Below are positions 17,423 through 28,400 of a stretch of 37,571 nucleotides of DNA, in pieces. The notes under the pieces were generated by a model. That model made no database searches. It was given only the letters and a program-made list of their open reading frames with translations, and was not told where the DNA came from. This stretch comes from Planctomycetota bacterium (GTDB taxonomy: Bacteria; Planctomycetota; PLA2; JAEUHO01). Location: positions 1-37,571 of the forward strand of contig JAQBWE010000002.1 in the NCBI GenBank assembly GCA_027625315.1. Direction: 5' to 3'. How positions within the stretch are numbered: the first letter of the stretch is position 1; the number at the start of each line of letters is the position of its first letter. A program made the translations under genes and the position numbers.

Positions 17423-17704
17423 GGACGGTTGGACTTCCTGGGTCGTTCGGGCGGGACGGACACTGTCCGTCGTCGTTCCGATCGATCCCTTCGGGGATAC
17501 GCTCCGCACCGCGGCCTCGGGCCAAGCCCGGCGACCTAAATCCCCGGAGGTCTGCCCCTCATGGGGCACGCAACGAGGACGTGCTGCGGAAGCCCGGGAT
17601 GTTAGCCCTGCGGCCCAGGCCGCTCGCACCGATTCAGAGCGCTCGTCGGGAAAAGCGGGCTCTGGCGTCCGCCGCGTCGTGGGCGGACGGAGTTCGGGGC
17701 GCGC

Positions 17705-19783
17705 CTAGTCCTCGAAGGTGAGCCGACGGCGCTCGTCCGGGGGCACCTCGCGGAATCCTGCCGGCTCCATGGAGTAGCTCGCCCGCCCCTGGGAGAGGCT
17801 CCGGACAGCCGTCGAATAGCCGAACATCTGGTTCAGGGCGACGGTTCCGCGGATGGCCCGGAGGTCCCCTCGGACCTCGTCGCCCTCGAGCAGGGCCCCG
17901 CGGCGGACCAGATCCGAGCTGATCGGGCCAACGAAGTCGACTGGAGTGGTCACTTCGAAGCGCATCACCGGCTCGAGGATAACCAGCCCGCCCGCCTCGC
18001 AGGCGGCTCCGAAGCCCTCGCCCCCGGCCGCCTGGAAGGCGGTCGGCGTGGAGTCCGTCTCGTGCATCCGCCCGCCGACGAGCGTGGCCTGCACGTCGAT
18101 GACCGGGAAGCCCATGCCCAAGCCGCCGTCCGCGGAGAAGCGGGCCCCCTCCTCCGTGGAGAGCGCAAAGGCGCGGCTGACCAACTCCGGGGGGCAGCGG
18201 TTCTCGAACGTGACCCCGGAGCCCGGCTCGCCGGGTCGGACCTCGATCTCGACGGTGGCGACTTGCTCGATCCCCGCGATCAACCGCTGGAACGTGTAGG
18301 TCGCCCGGCCCGGTCCGCGCACGGTCTGGCGGTGGGACACACGCGGCTTGCCAACGTTGGCCTCGATCCGGAAGTCCCGCAGCAGGCGGTTCTTGAGCAC
18401 TTCGAGGTGCAGCTCGCCCATACCCGCGATCAGGAGCTGCCCGGTCTCCGGGTCTGTCGAAACCCGGAAGGTCGGGTCCTCGCGCGCGAGGCGCCCGAGA
18501 CACTCCTCGAGGCGATCCTTGTCGGCGGTGCTGCGCGGCTCGATGGCCATCGAGATCACGGGCTCGGGGAACCGGATGGACTCAAGGACGAGCGGGTGCT
18601 CCTTGTCGCAGAGCGTGTCGCCCGTCGCGGTCTCCTTGAAACCGGTGACTGCGACGATGTCCCCGGTGCCGGCGCTGTCGAGCTGCTCGCGATCTCCGGC
18701 GTGCATTCGCAGCAGGCGCATCGCGCGCTCGTGGCGGCCCAGCCTCGGGTTGTAGACACCCTTGCCCTGCCTGAGTGTGCCGGCGTAGACGCGCACGAAC
18801 GTGAGGTCACCGTGCGTGTCGGACAGGATCTTGAAGGCGAGGGCGCAGAGCGGCGCGTCATCATCAGGCTCGACCGCGACACGCTGATCGGGATCTTCGG
18901 GCCGCTTCGCGACAATGGCGCCTCGATCAAGCGGGCTGGGCAGATACCGCACGATGGCGTCGAGCACCGGCTGTACGCCGGCATTGCGCAGTGCGGCGCC
19001 TGCCAGCACCGGATGCAGGCTGCGAGCAAGTACGGCCCGCCGGAGCGCGGCGTGCAGCGCGTCGGCCGGAATGCTGCCTCCTTCGAGAAACAGCTCGGCC
19101 AGCTCATCGTCGTGATCGGCGACACCTTCGACGAGCTCGAAGCGGCGGATCTCCATTTCATCGAGCAGGTCGGCAGGGATGGCCTGACGCACGACGTCAG
19201 CGCCCTGGTCGCCCTCGAAGGTGAGCATCTCCATAGCGACGAGGTCGACGACGCCGCGAAACGTATCGGCGGCACCGACGGGCACGGTCAGAGGGACGGT
19301 GACTGCACCGAGCCGATCGCGAATCGACTGGATCGCCGCGTCGTAGTCCGCCCCACCGCGGTCCATCTTGTTCACGAAGCAGATGCGCGGGACTTCGTAT
19401 CGGGCGGCTTGGCGCCAAACGGTCTCAGACTGCGCTTCGACGCCATGGACGCCATCAAAGACGACGACGGCACCGTCGAGGACGCGCAGGGAACGTTCGA
19501 CTTCGGCGGTGAAATCGACGTGGCCGGGGGTATCGATGAGGTTAAGGGTGTGGCCATCCCAGGCGATGGTGGTGGCGGCGGCCGTGATGGTGATGCCGCG
19601 CTCTTGCTCTTCGACGAGGTAGTCCATGGTGGCGGCGCCCTCGTGGACTTCGCCCATGGCGTGTTCTTTGCCGGAGTAGAAGAGGATGCGCTCGGTGGTG
19701 GTCGTCTTGCCGGCGTCGATGTGCGCGCAGACCCCGAAGTTTCTGACCTTCTGGAGGCGCGCGGATGATCTCTTCTCTGGCAT
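17705..19783 (-). CDS. fusA: Elongation factor G family GTPase with divergent domain IV
   Basis: I re-set the start to ATG 19783 (GGAG 5 nt upstream). G motifs are [17 protein letters not shown] and NKMD. Domain V and the C-terminus ([22 protein letters not shown]) are conserved. It occupies the str-operon position after rpsG. Confidence 0.9.
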   Translation of the reverse strand: MPEKRSSARLQKVRNFGVCAHIDAGKTTTTERILFYSGKEHAMGEVHEGAATMDYLVEEQERGITITAAATTIAWDGHTLNLIDTPGHVDFTAEVERSLRVLDGAVVVFDGVHGVEAQSETVWRQAARYEVPRICFVNKMDRGGADYDAAIQSIRDRLGAVTVPLTVPVGAADTFRGVVDLVAMEMLTFEGDQGADVVRQAIPADLLDEMEIRRFELVEGVADHDDELAELFLEGGSIPADALHAALRRAVLARSLHPVLAGAALRNAGVQPVLDAIVRYLPSPLDRGAIVAKRPEDPDQRVAVEPDDDAPLCALAFKILSDTHGDLTFVRVYAGTLRQGKGVYNPRLGRHERAMRLLRMHAGDREQLDSAGTGDIVAVTGFKETATGDTLCDKEHPLVLESIRFPEPVISMAIEPRSTADKDRLEECLGRLAREDPTFRVSTDPETGQLLIAGMGELHLEVLKNRLLRDFRIEANVGKPRVSHRQTVRGPGRATYTFQRLIAGIEQVATVEIEVRPGEPGSGVTFENRCPPELVSRAFALSTEEGARFSADGGLGMGFPVIDVQATLVGGRMHETDSTPTAFQAAGGEGFGAACEAGGLVILEPVMRFEVTTPVDFVGPISSDLVRRGALLEGDEVRGDLRAIRGTVALNQMFGYSTAVRSLSQGRASYSMEPAGFREVPPDERRRLTFED

Positions 19784-19922
19784 GACGGCTCCGATGCGGG
19801 GGGCGAGCATACCGTCCGCTCCCCACCGCGCGCATCGCCGCCGCAGCGCGCGCACCCGGGGAAGCTCCCGCACTGTGTTGCTGACCTACTGTGCAGCTGA
19901 CTCCCGAGGCGGTGGCGCGCGT

Positions 19923-20068
19923 AGCGCGGCGCGGCCGGCCAACCTAAGGGCTACCACCCGACCCGGCCAACCCGCGTGCGTCCCAGACGGCGAGGCCGAG
20001 GCGCGCGCAGCGCGGCGCGGCCGGCCAACCTGGGGGCGCAACCCGATCCTGCCAACCCGCGTGCGTCC
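19923..20068. repeat. Two imperfect direct copies of a ~60-nt GC-rich unit (period ~86 nt) in the rpsG-fusA spacer
   Basis: agcgcggcgcggccggccaacct occurs at 19923-19945 and 20009-20031. gccaacccgcgtgcgtcc occurs at 19966-19983 and 20051-20068. The heptamer gccaacc therefore occurs four times. Confidence 0.9.
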
Positions 20069-20092
20069 TAGCCGCCGCACGCCCCCACCCGC

Positions 20093-20198
20093 ATCTGGGG
20101 TTCCAGGACGGAGGCGCCGCGCGGAGCCGAGGACGACGCGTGGGCTTCCACGCGAGGACGCGGGCGACAAAGCGCCGACCCGTCCTGGGACCCCAGAT
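20093..20198. repeat. 106-nt inverted-repeat element or long stem-loop abutting the rpsG stop codon
   Basis: atctggggttccaggacg (20093-20110) is complementary at 17 of 18 positions to cgtcctgggaccccagat (20181-20198). A nested perfect hairpin, cgcgtgg-gctt-ccacgcg, sits at 20137-20154. Confidence 0.85.
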
Positions 20199-20674
20199 CA
20201 GAAGGCGAAGTGGGCGAAGGCCTTATTGGCCTCGGCCTGCTTGTGCGCGTTCTCGCGCTTGAGGATCGCCCCGCCCTCCTTGTTGTAGGCGGCGACGAGC
20301 TCATCGGCGAGCGAGACGTGCATCGGGCGGCCACGACGACCGCGAGCGGCCTCGAGCAACCAGCGATAGGCGAGGGTACGGCGACGCTTCGCGTTCACCT
20401 CGACGGGGACCTGGTAGTTGGCGCCGCCGATGCGCTTGCTGCGCACCTCGACCATCGGCTTGACGTTGTCCACAGCCTGGTGGAACACCTCAACCGGCTC
20501 GCGCTCGGAGACGCGCTGCTCAATGATCTTGAGGGCATCGTAGAAGATGCGCTCGGCGGTGCTGCGCTTGCCGTCCCGCATGACGCAGGAGATGAACTTC
20601 GCAACGTCCGGGCTCTTGTAGACCGGGTCGGGGCGGAGAAGGTGCTCGAAGCTACGGTAGTACTTGCCGGCCAT
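20198..20674 (-). CDS. rpsG: 30S ribosomal protein S7 (uS7)
   Basis: PDPVYKSPDVAKFISCVMRDGKRSTAERIFY...VEVRSKRIGGANYQVPVEV...NKAFAHF. Confidence 0.96.
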   Translation of the reverse strand: MAGKYYRSFEHLLRPDPVYKSPDVAKFISCVMRDGKRSTAERIFYDALKIIEQRVSEREPVEVFHQAVDNVKPMVEVRSKRIGGANYQVPVEVNAKRRRTLAYRWLLEAARGRRGRPMHVSLADELVAAYNKEGGAILKRENAHKQAEANKAFAHFAF

Positions 20675-20677
20675 AGC

Positions 20678-21049
20678 CTACTTACCCTTCTTCTGTCCGT
20701 ACTTCGACCGCTGCTGCTTGCGGCCGTCCACGCCCGCTGTGTCCAGCGTGCCGCGGATGATGTGATAGCGAACGCCCGGAAGGTCGCGGACGCGGCCACC
20801 GCGGATGAGCACGATGCTGTGCTCCTGAAGGTTGTGACCCTCACCCGGGATGTACGCCGTGACCTCGCGGTTGTTCGAGAGCCGGACGCGCGCGATCTTG
20901 CGCAACGCGGAGTTCGGCTTCTTCGGCGTCTGGGTCTTGACCGAGAGGCACACACCGCGCTTCTGCGGGCAGCCCTCCAGCACCGGCGACTTGCTCTTCC
21001 GGCGGATCTTCTTGCGGCCCTTGCGGACCAGCTGGTTGATCGTGGGCAT
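20678..21049 (-). CDS. rpsL: 30S ribosomal protein S12 (uS12)
   Basis: [12 protein letters not shown]...[59 protein letters not shown]. Confidence 0.97.
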   Translation of the reverse strand: MPTINQLVRKGRKKIRRKSKSPVLEGCPQKRGVCLSVKTQTPKKPNSALRKIARVRLSNNREVTAYIPGEGHNLQEHSIVLIRGGRVRDLPGVRYHIIRGTLDTAGVDGRKQQRSKYGQKKGK

Positions 21050-21180
21050 GTGGTCTCTTGCTCGTGGGGTACCGGGGATGGACTAACCCCTTTTGGGGGG
21101 CAGCCCGAAAGAGTACCCAGGGGCACCGGCCGCGCAAACGCGGTCGCTACCGAACCCGGGTAGATTTCGAAAAGTAGGCC

Positions 21181-21210
21181 CGTCCCGCCCCCTGGGAGGG
21201 GGCGAGGGCG
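21181..21210 (-). terminator. Candidate intrinsic terminator or attenuator hairpin downstream of rpoC
   Basis: A perfect 8-bp GC stem (cgccccct / agggggcg, 21186-21204, 3-nt loop) has possible outer pairs. On the transcript it is followed, after about 7 nt, by CUUUUC. The U-tract is short and offset, so the call is weak. Confidence 0.3.
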
Positions 21211-21232
21211 CCTTGCAGCCTCGGGATCGCTA

Positions 21233-24200
21233 CTAACTCGTGAGTTCGTCGCCCGATGCGGGGGAGGGCTCGCTGAGGTCGCCCCCACCGAGCAGATCCT
21301 TCAGTTCCTGAAGCGCCTCGAGATCCTCAGGCATCTCCGCGAAGCCGGCGACCGACTCCTCCAGCGGGATGTTCTTCTGGACCCGAGTCGCGAGGTACGA
21401 ACGGAAGCCCGTACCGGCCGGGATCAGGTGACCCAGGATCACGTTCTCCTTGAGGCCGAGGAGGTGATCAACACGGCCGGCCAGAGCCGCCTGCGTGAGC
21501 ACCTTCGTGGTCTCCTGGAACGACGCGGCTGAGATGAACGACTCGCTCTGCAGCGACGCCTTGGTGATGCCAAGGAGCAGCGGCTCAGCCCGCGCGGGCT
21601 TGCCGCCGGCCTCGATCACGCGCGTGTTCTTGCGGCGGAAGCGGAACTTGTCCACCACGGCGCCCGGCAGCATGTCCGTGTCGCCGGGGTCCTCCACTTT
21701 CACCTTGCGCAGCATCTGCGAGATGATCACCTCGTGGTGCTTGTCGTCGATCGTGACGTTCTGGCTCCGATAGACGTTCTGGGCCTCGCCCAACAGATAG
21801 TCCTGAAGAGCCTCCACCCCGCTGATGCGCAGGATGTCGTGGGGCACGAGCGGCCCATCCACCAGCGAGTCGCCGGCGCGCACGCGATCGCCTGAGTGGA
21901 CACGCAGGTGCTTGCCGTGGGGCACGAGGTGCTCGACCTCCTGGCCACCCTCAGAGCGGATGACAATGGTGCGCTTGCCGCGGCGCTTCTCACCGAGCTC
22001 GACGACGCCGTCGATCTCAGAGAGGGTCGCCGGCTCCTTCGGGCGCCGTGCCTCGTACACCTCAGTCACGCGCGGCAAGCCGCCCACGATGTCCTGGGTA
22101 CCGGTGATCTCACGCGGCGTCTTGGCCAGCATGTCGCCTGCCGCCACCTTGGCACCCGGCATCACCTCGAGGTGAGCACGCTCGGGAATCGGATACAGCG
22201 CGATCGGCGTACCCTTGTCGTCCTCGATGATGATCTGCGGGTGCAGGTCGCCCTTGTGCTCCATGATCACGTAGCGGCGCACGCCCGAGCCGGGGTCCAC
22301 CTCTTCGCGCATGGTCTTGTTCTCGACGATGTCGTCGAAGCGAACCACGCCGTCGCGCTCCGCCATGATCGGCACGTTGAACGGGTCCCACGTGAAGAGG
22401 ACCTTCTTTTCGCGGACGGTCTCGCCGTCCTCGACCTTGACCAAGCCGCCCAGGGGCACCACGAAGCGGTCCAGCTCGCGATCGCGGCTGTCCAAGAGCA
22501 TGATCTCGCCGTTGCGGTTGATCGCAATCGACTCGCCACCCTTGGTGCGCTTCGCCAGGGTCAGTTCCAGGAAGCGGATCTTGCCCGAGCTCGTCGCGCG
22601 GACCTCCGACTCTTCCACGCCCTTTGTGGCCGTGCCACCGATATGGAACGTACGCATCGTGAGCTGCGTGCCCGGCTCACCGATCGACTGGGCCGCGATG
22701 ATGCCCACCGCGAGACCCAACTCGACCAGCCGACCGCGGGACAGATCCATGCCGTAGCACAGCTGGCACAGGCCGGTGGCGGCCTCACACGTAAGCGGCG
22801 AACGGACGCGGACCTTCTCGTACCCCATCGACTCGATGCGGCGTGCGATCTCTTCCGTGACGACCTCGCTCTCGCGGACCACCACCTCGTCGGTCACGAC
22901 GTCGATGATGGTGTCGCGCGCAACGCGTCCGTGAATGGCCTGCGCGAGCGACACCTCAAGCTTGTCGCCCTTGTAGATGACGCCCTTGCTGACGCCGTTC
23001 AGCGTGCCGCAGTCGTGCGTACCGACGACGACGTTCTGAGCGACGTCAGACAGTTTGCGCGTCAGGTAGCCTGAGTCCGCCGTCTTCAGCGCCGTGTCCG
23101 CCAGGCCCTTGCGGGCACCGTGCGTCGAGCTGAAGTACTCGAGGACGTGCAGGCCCTCACGGAAGTTCGACTTAATGGGCGTCTCGATGATCTTGCCCGA
23201 AGGCTTGGCCATCAAACCGCGCATACCCGCCAGCTGGCGGATCTGCTCCACCGAGCCACGCGCGCCGGAATCGGCCATCGCGAAGATCGGGTTCAGGTAC
23301 GGAACACCGTCGCGCTCGTCACTTTCGAGCGCCTTCATCATCACCCGGCCCACTTCCTCGCGGGCGCGGGTCCACGTGTCGATGATCTTCGAGTAGCGCT
23401 CGCCGCGCGTGATTTCACCGCGCTTGAGGTGCCCCTCGATCTCTGTGACCTCAGCCTCCGCTCGCGTGAGGATCTCCTCCTTCTCGACCGGCACGCGCAT
23501 GTCGTTCTTCGCGAACGAAAGACCCGCGCGCGTGGCCGACTTGTAGCCGACGTCCTTAATGTCATCGAGGAGCCGCAGGGTCGTGCCCTTGCCGAGCAGC
23601 TTGAAGCAATCGCTGATCAAGCCGCCGATCTTCTTCTTGTTCAACGTGTAGTTGTAGAAGGGCATGCCGTACGGCAGGATGTCGTTGAACAACACGCGAC
23701 CGACGGTCGTCTCGATGAGGCCTGCGGCCTCCCACTTGCCAGGCTCCACGGCGGCACTCGTGCCCTCGTCGAGGCGCAACTTGACCTTGTCGTGGATGTG
23801 GAACTTGCCCACCGCGTAGCCGAGGAAGACCTCCTCCTTATGCGTGCACGTCGGCACCTTCGCCTGCTCTCGGGGGAAGTTCACCGTCAAGTAGTAGATG
23901 CCCAGGACAATGTCCTGCGAAGGCGCAATCAACGGACCGCCGTGCGCGGGCGAGAAGATGTTGTTGGTCGACAGCATCAACGTGGTCGCTTCGATCTGCG
24001 CCTCGTACGACAGCGGCAGGTGAACTGCCATCTGATCGCCATCGAAATCGGCGTTGAAGCCGGTGCAAACGAGGGGGTGCAGGCGAATGGCGTTGCCCTC
24101 AATGAGGGTCGGCTCGAAGGCCTGGATACCCATGCGGTGTAGCGTGGGCGCACGGTTCAGCATCACGGGATGCTCGCGCGTGACCTCCTCGAGGATGTCC

Positions 24201-25411
24201 CAGACCTCTTCATCCTTGCGCTCGAGCATCTTCTTCGCGGACTTGATCGTGTCCGCGTAGCCGAGTTCCTTGAGGCGCCGGATGATGAAGGGCTGGTACA
24301 GCTCGAGGGCGATCTTCTTCGGTAGGCCGCACTGGTGCAGCTTGAGGTCCGGTCCGACGACGATCACCGAACGGGCGCTGTAATCAACGCGCTTGCCGAG
24401 CAGGTTCTCACGGAACCGGCCCTGCTTGCCCTTGATCATGTCGGTCAGGGACTTCAGGGGTCGGTTGCTGGAACCGAGCACGCTGCGACGGCAGCGTGCG
24501 TTGTCGAACAACGCATCGACCGACTGCTGCAACATGCGCTTCTCGTTGCGGATGATGACCTCAGGAGCGTTGAGGTCGAGCAGCTTCTTGAGGCGGTTGT
24601 TGCGGTTGATCAACCGGCGATAGAGGTCGTTCAGGTCCGACGTAGCGAAGTTGCCTGAGTCGAGCAGCACGAGCGGGCGTAGATCCGGCGGGATCACCGG
24701 AACGGCATCGAGCACCATCCACTCGGGCTTGTTGCCCGAGTCGCGCAAGGCCTCGACCGTACGCAGACGCTTCAGGAGGTCCTTGCTCTTCTGCTTGGAG
24801 CGGGTGGTCTCAAGCTCAGCGCGCAGATCCTGCGAGAGCTTCTCCATGTCGATCGCCACGAGCATCCGCTTGATGGCTTCGGCGCCCATGCCTGCGTCGA
24901 AGCTGTCGCCGTAGCGCTGGCGCGCCTCGCGGTACTGCTCCTCGCTGATGAGCTCACCAGTCTTCAGCGGCGTATCGCCGCCATCGACGACCACGTAGTC
25001 CTGGAAGTAGACGACGCGCTCAAGCGCAGATGTGCGCATGTTCAGCAGGGTGCCGAGGCGGCTCGGCATGGCCTTGAAGAACCAGATGTGCACAACCGGC
25101 GCGGCGAGGGCCACGTGGCCCATGCGCTTGCGGCGCACGCGGCTGTGGGTCACCTTGACGCCGCAGCGGTCGCAGATGATGCCCTTGTGCTTGATGCCCT
25201 TGTACTTGCCGCAGAAGCATTCCCAGTCCCGCTCAGGACCGAAGATCTTCTCGCAGAAGAGGCCATCCTTCTCCGACCGGTAGGTGCGGTAGTTGATGGT
25301 CTCAGGCTTCTTCACCTCGCCGTACGACCACCCACGGACAACCTCCGGGGAGGCCAGGGTGATCTTCACCGCCGTGTAGTCATTTACGCGGTTGAACATG
25401 CTCTCGATCAT
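21233..25411 (-). CDS. rpoC: DNA-directed RNA polymerase subunit beta'
   Basis: 1392 aa. The zinc-binding region is [21 protein letters not shown]. The catalytic motif [12 protein letters not shown] is present, and the trigger-loop and bridge-helix regions are recognisable. Confidence 0.97.
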   Translation of the reverse strand: MIESMFNRVNDYTAVKITLASPEVVRGWSYGEVKKPETINYRTYRSEKDGLFCEKIFGPERDWECFCGKYKGIKHKGIICDRCGVKVTHSRVRRKRMGHVALAAPVVHIWFFKAMPSRLGTLLNMRTSALERVVYFQDYVVVDGGDTPLKTGELISEEQYREARQRYGDSFDAGMGAEAIKRMLVAIDMEKLSQDLRAELETTRSKQKSKDLLKRLRTVEALRDSGNKPEWMVLDAVPVIPPDLRPLVLLDSGNFATSDLNDLYRRLINRNNRLKKLLDLNAPEVIIRNEKRMLQQSVDALFDNARCRRSVLGSSNRPLKSLTDMIKGKQGRFRENLLGKRVDYSARSVIVVGPDLKLHQCGLPKKIALELYQPFIIRRLKELGYADTIKSAKKMLERKDEEVWDILEEVTREHPVMLNRAPTLHRMGIQAFEPTLIEGNAIRLHPLVCTGFNADFDGDQMAVHLPLSYEAQIEATTLMLSTNNIFSPAHGGPLIAPSQDIVLGIYYLTVNFPREQAKVPTCTHKEEVFLGYAVGKFHIHDKVKLRLDEGTSAAVEPGKWEAAGLIETTVGRVLFNDILPYGMPFYNYTLNKKKIGGLISDCFKLLGKGTTLRLLDDIKDVGYKSATRAGLSFAKNDMRVPVEKEEILTRAEAEVTEIEGHLKRGEITRGERYSKIIDTWTRAREEVGRVMMKALESDERDGVPYLNPIFAMADSGARGSVEQIRQLAGMRGLMAKPSGKIIETPIKSNFREGLHVLEYFSSTHGARKGLADTALKTADSGYLTRKLSDVAQNVVVGTHDCGTLNGVSKGVIYKGDKLEVSLAQAIHGRVARDTIIDVVTDEVVVRESEVVTEEIARRIESMGYEKVRVRSPLTCEAATGLCQLCYGMDLSRGRLVELGLAVGIIAAQSIGEPGTQLTMRTFHIGGTATKGVEESEVRATSSGKIRFLELTLAKRTKGGESIAINRNGEIMLLDSRDRELDRFVVPLGGLVKVEDGETVREKKVLFTWDPFNVPIMAERDGVVRFDDIVENKTMREEVDPGSGVRRYVIMEHKGDLHPQIIIEDDKGTPIALYPIPERAHLEVMPGAKVAAGDMLAKTPREITGTQDIVGGLPRVTEVYEARRPKEPATLSEIDGVVELGEKRRGKRTIVIRSEGGQEVEHLVPHGKHLRVHSGDRVRAGDSLVDGPLVPHDILRISGVEALQDYLLGEAQNVYRSQNVTIDDKHHEVIISQMLRKVKVEDPGDTDMLPGAVVDKFRFRRKNTRVIEAGGKPARAEPLLLGITKASLQSESFISAASFQETTKVLTQAALAGRVDHLLGLKENVILGHLIPAGTGFRSYLATRVQKNIPLEESVAGFAEMPEDLEALQELKDLLGGGDLSEPSPASGDELTS

Positions 25412-25460
25412 GGGTGTTCCTCTCAGCTAGCGGGTCGTTCTGGGTTCCCGATCGATGCGT

Positions 25461-28400
25461 CTACAGGCGGCTCTTCTCGAGCTCGATGTTGAGCCCGAGG
25501 CCGCGGATCTCGTTACACAACACCTCGAACGACACCGGCGTGCCGGCCTCGAGGATGTTCTCGCCCTTCACCATGGACTCGTAGATCTTCATGCGGCCGT
25601 CCACGTCGTCGGACTTGACCGTCAGAAGCTCCTGGAGGATGTGCGCGGCGCCATACGCCTCGAGCGCCCACACCTCCATTTCGCCGAAGCGCTGCCCGCC
25701 GAAGCGGGCCTTGCCACCGAGCGGCTGCTGCGTGATGAGGCTGTACGGCCCCGTCGCACGCGCGTGGATCTTCTCGTCCACAAGGTGGTGCAGCTTCAGC
25801 ATGTAGAGGAAGCCCACGGTGACGTTCTGGTCGAACGCCGTACCCGTACGCCCGTCATAGAGCGTGACCTTGCCGTCGCGCGGCAGGCCCGCCTCCTCGA
25901 GCATGGCCTCGATGTCCATCTCGGTGGCGCCGTCGAAGACCGACGTGCGGACGCGGCAACCCAACAAGCGCGCCGCGTACCCGAGGTGGGTCTCGAGGAT
26001 CTGCCCCACGTTCATTCGGCTGGGCACGCCCAGCGGGTTCAGAACGATCTCACAGGGCGTTCCGTCCTCTAGGAACGGCATGTCCTCGATCGGCAGGATG
26101 CGGCTAATCACACCCTTGTTGCCGTGTCGGCCGGCCATCTTGTCGCCCACGGAGAGGTTGCGACGCGTGGCCATGTAGATCTTGACGACCTCGAGCACGC
26201 CGGTGGGCAGCTCGTCGCCGCGCGACAGACGGTTGACCGTCTTGTTCTTGACCGCCTCCGCATCGTCGATGTCGCGGAAATGCACGCGCGCAACGGTGTG
26301 GAACGCGTCGTCGGGGCGGAGCCCGGCGCCGCGGATGGCGATCGCCAAGCGATCCCGTACCTCGCGCAGCTCAGGCAGCGCCTCGACCTCTGCGGCCGAG
26401 AACGGCTTGCGGGTGACCGGATCGACCAGTTTGCGTCCGAGCGAGCCGTTCATGGCCTCGAGCAGGCTCTCCAGGTGCGCCTTGAACGCAGCCTGGAACG
26501 CACGCTCCGCGTGCTTGATCTGCTCGTGGTTGTCGGCGCGCTCTTCGTCCGAGATGTTCACCTTGCGGCTGAACTTCTTGGTGCTGATGATGATGCCCTC
26601 GACGCCCGGCGGCACGGTGAGCGAGTCGTTCTTCACGTCCTCGCCAGCACGGCCGAAGATGGCGTGCAGCAGCTTCTCCTCGGGGGAGAGTTCGCTCTTG
26701 CTCTTCGGGGCAACCTTGCCGACGAGGATGTCGCCGGGATGCACGTGCGTACCGATGCGAACGATGCCCACTTCGTCGAGGTTGCGCAGGGCGCGCTCTG
26801 AGACGTTGGGAATGTCGTTCGTGAACTCCTCGCGACCCAGCTTGGTCTCGCGGATCTCGATCTCGTACATGTCGATGTGGATCGACGTGTAGGCGTCATC
26901 GCGAACGAGGCCTTCGCTGACCAGGATCGCGTCCTCGTAGTTGTAGCCATCCCAGGGCATGAACGCGACGAGTACGTTGCGGCCCAGAGCCAGCTCGCCG
27001 TGATGCGTGGCCGCACCATCCGCGATGATCTGACCCGCCTTGACCTCTTGCCCGAGATCCACGATGGGCTTCTGGTTCTGACAGGTCCGCTCGTTCAGGC
27101 CCACGAACTTGCGCAGGACGTACTCGCGGTCCCCCACCACGATGCGGGTTGCATCGACGTAGTTGACGCGGCCCGCCTCAGCGCTGGTGACAACCATGCT
27201 GGAGTTCTGAGCAACGATGGTCTCCATGCCGGTGCCGACGATCGGCGGCGCCGTGCGCAGGAGGGGCACCGCCTGGCGCTGCATGTTGGAGCCCATCAGC
27301 GCGCGGTTGGCGTCATCGTGCTCAAGGAACGGGATCAGCGCCGCAGAAACGCCGACGAGTTGCATGGGACTGACGTCCATGTAGTCCACGTCTTTGGAGT
27401 TCACGAGCAGGAAGTCGTCGTTCTTGCGGCCGAGGATCTGCTCGCCCTCGATGCGGTTGTCCTTGCCCACGACGGTGTCGGCCGGAGTCAGGACGCGGTC
27501 CAGCTCCTCGTCGGCGCGCAGGTGAACGATCTCTTCCGTCACGACGCCGTTCTTCACGACGCGATACGGCGTCACGAGGAAGCCGTACTCGTCAACGCCG
27601 CTGTAGATCGCCAGCGACGAGATGAGGCCGATGTTCGTGCCTTCCGGCGTCTCGATCGGGCAGATGCGCCCGTAGTGCGAGATGTGGACGTCACGCACCT
27701 CGAAGCCAGCGCGCTTGCGGTTCAAGCCGCCAGGGCCGAGCGCCGAGAGACCGCGCTCGTGCTTGAGCTGCGACAGCGGGTTGGTCTGATCGACCACCTG
27801 CGACAGCTCGCCACGACCGAAGAAGTAGTCGATGGCCGACGAGATGGTCTTGGAGTTGATGACCGAGCGCGGAGACACGCTCTCAGCATCCTCGATGTTC
27901 ATGCGCTCCTGCGCCGTGCGGCGCAGCTTGAGGAAGCCCTTGCGCATTTCGTCGGCCGCCAGCTCGGCGATCGTGCGAATCCGGCGGTTGCCCAGGTGGT
28001 CAATGTCGTCCACCGCGACCTGACCGTTGAAGGGCAGTGCCTGCCCCGCCTTGCCCTTGCCACTGCCGGCCGGGCCGCGCAGGGCCACGAGGTAGCGGAC
28101 CGCATTGACGAGGTCCGTGTGATGGAGGGTTTCCTCATCCTCGGGGCGGTTCGTCTTGAACTTGCGGTTCAGGCGGAAGCGACCGACGCGGCCGAGGCGA
28201 TAGCGACTGGCATCGGAGAACTTCTCGAGGAACAACTCGCGGGCCTTCTCGACCTTCGGCGGGTTGCCCGGGCGGAGACGGGCGTAGATGCGCAGGAGCG
28301 CCTCGTCGTGGGACTCCGTGGTGTCATCACGCAGCGTGTTCAGGACCAGCTGATCCTCGACGTCGGTGATCACTTCGATCACGCCGTCGGTGCTCTCCTT

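Noticed and set aside
17634-18503. 289-aa minus-strand ORF in an alternative frame inside fusA. Similar same-strand out-of-frame ORFs lie at 7408-8208, 14349-15065 and 20395-21288.
   Set aside because: They overlap verified genes out of frame and are Arg/Pro/Gly-rich. There is no evidence for overlapping coding.
18062-19768. 568-aa plus-strand ORF antisense to fusA. Similar long antisense ORFs lie at 21896-23074 and 23120-24142 (opposite rpoC), 26877-28484 (opposite rpoB), 33831-35147 (opposite tuf) and 10599-11441 (opposite rplF/rpsH).
   Set aside because: All lie opposite strongly conserved, motif-verified genes. Their translations are Arg/Ala/Gly/Leu/Asp/His-rich with no recognisable motifs or SD sequences. 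Stop-codon scarcity in GC-rich DNA explains them.
20093-20198. The inverted-repeat element considered as a bona fide MITE or IS remnant.
   Set aside because: No flanking target-site duplication is visible, there is no transposase in the window, and no second copy occurs in 37.6 kb. It is kept as a finding with RNA structure as the leading interpretation. The MITE status cannot be supported from this window alone.
21050-21165. An exact sigma70-type promoter call upstream of rpsL (TTGCGC-N16-TACTCT on the minus strand).
   Set aside because: Only 3 of 6 positions match in each hexamer, and the promoter consensus of this lineage is unknown. The match is too weak to annotate. The region is simply noted as the likely str-operon control region.
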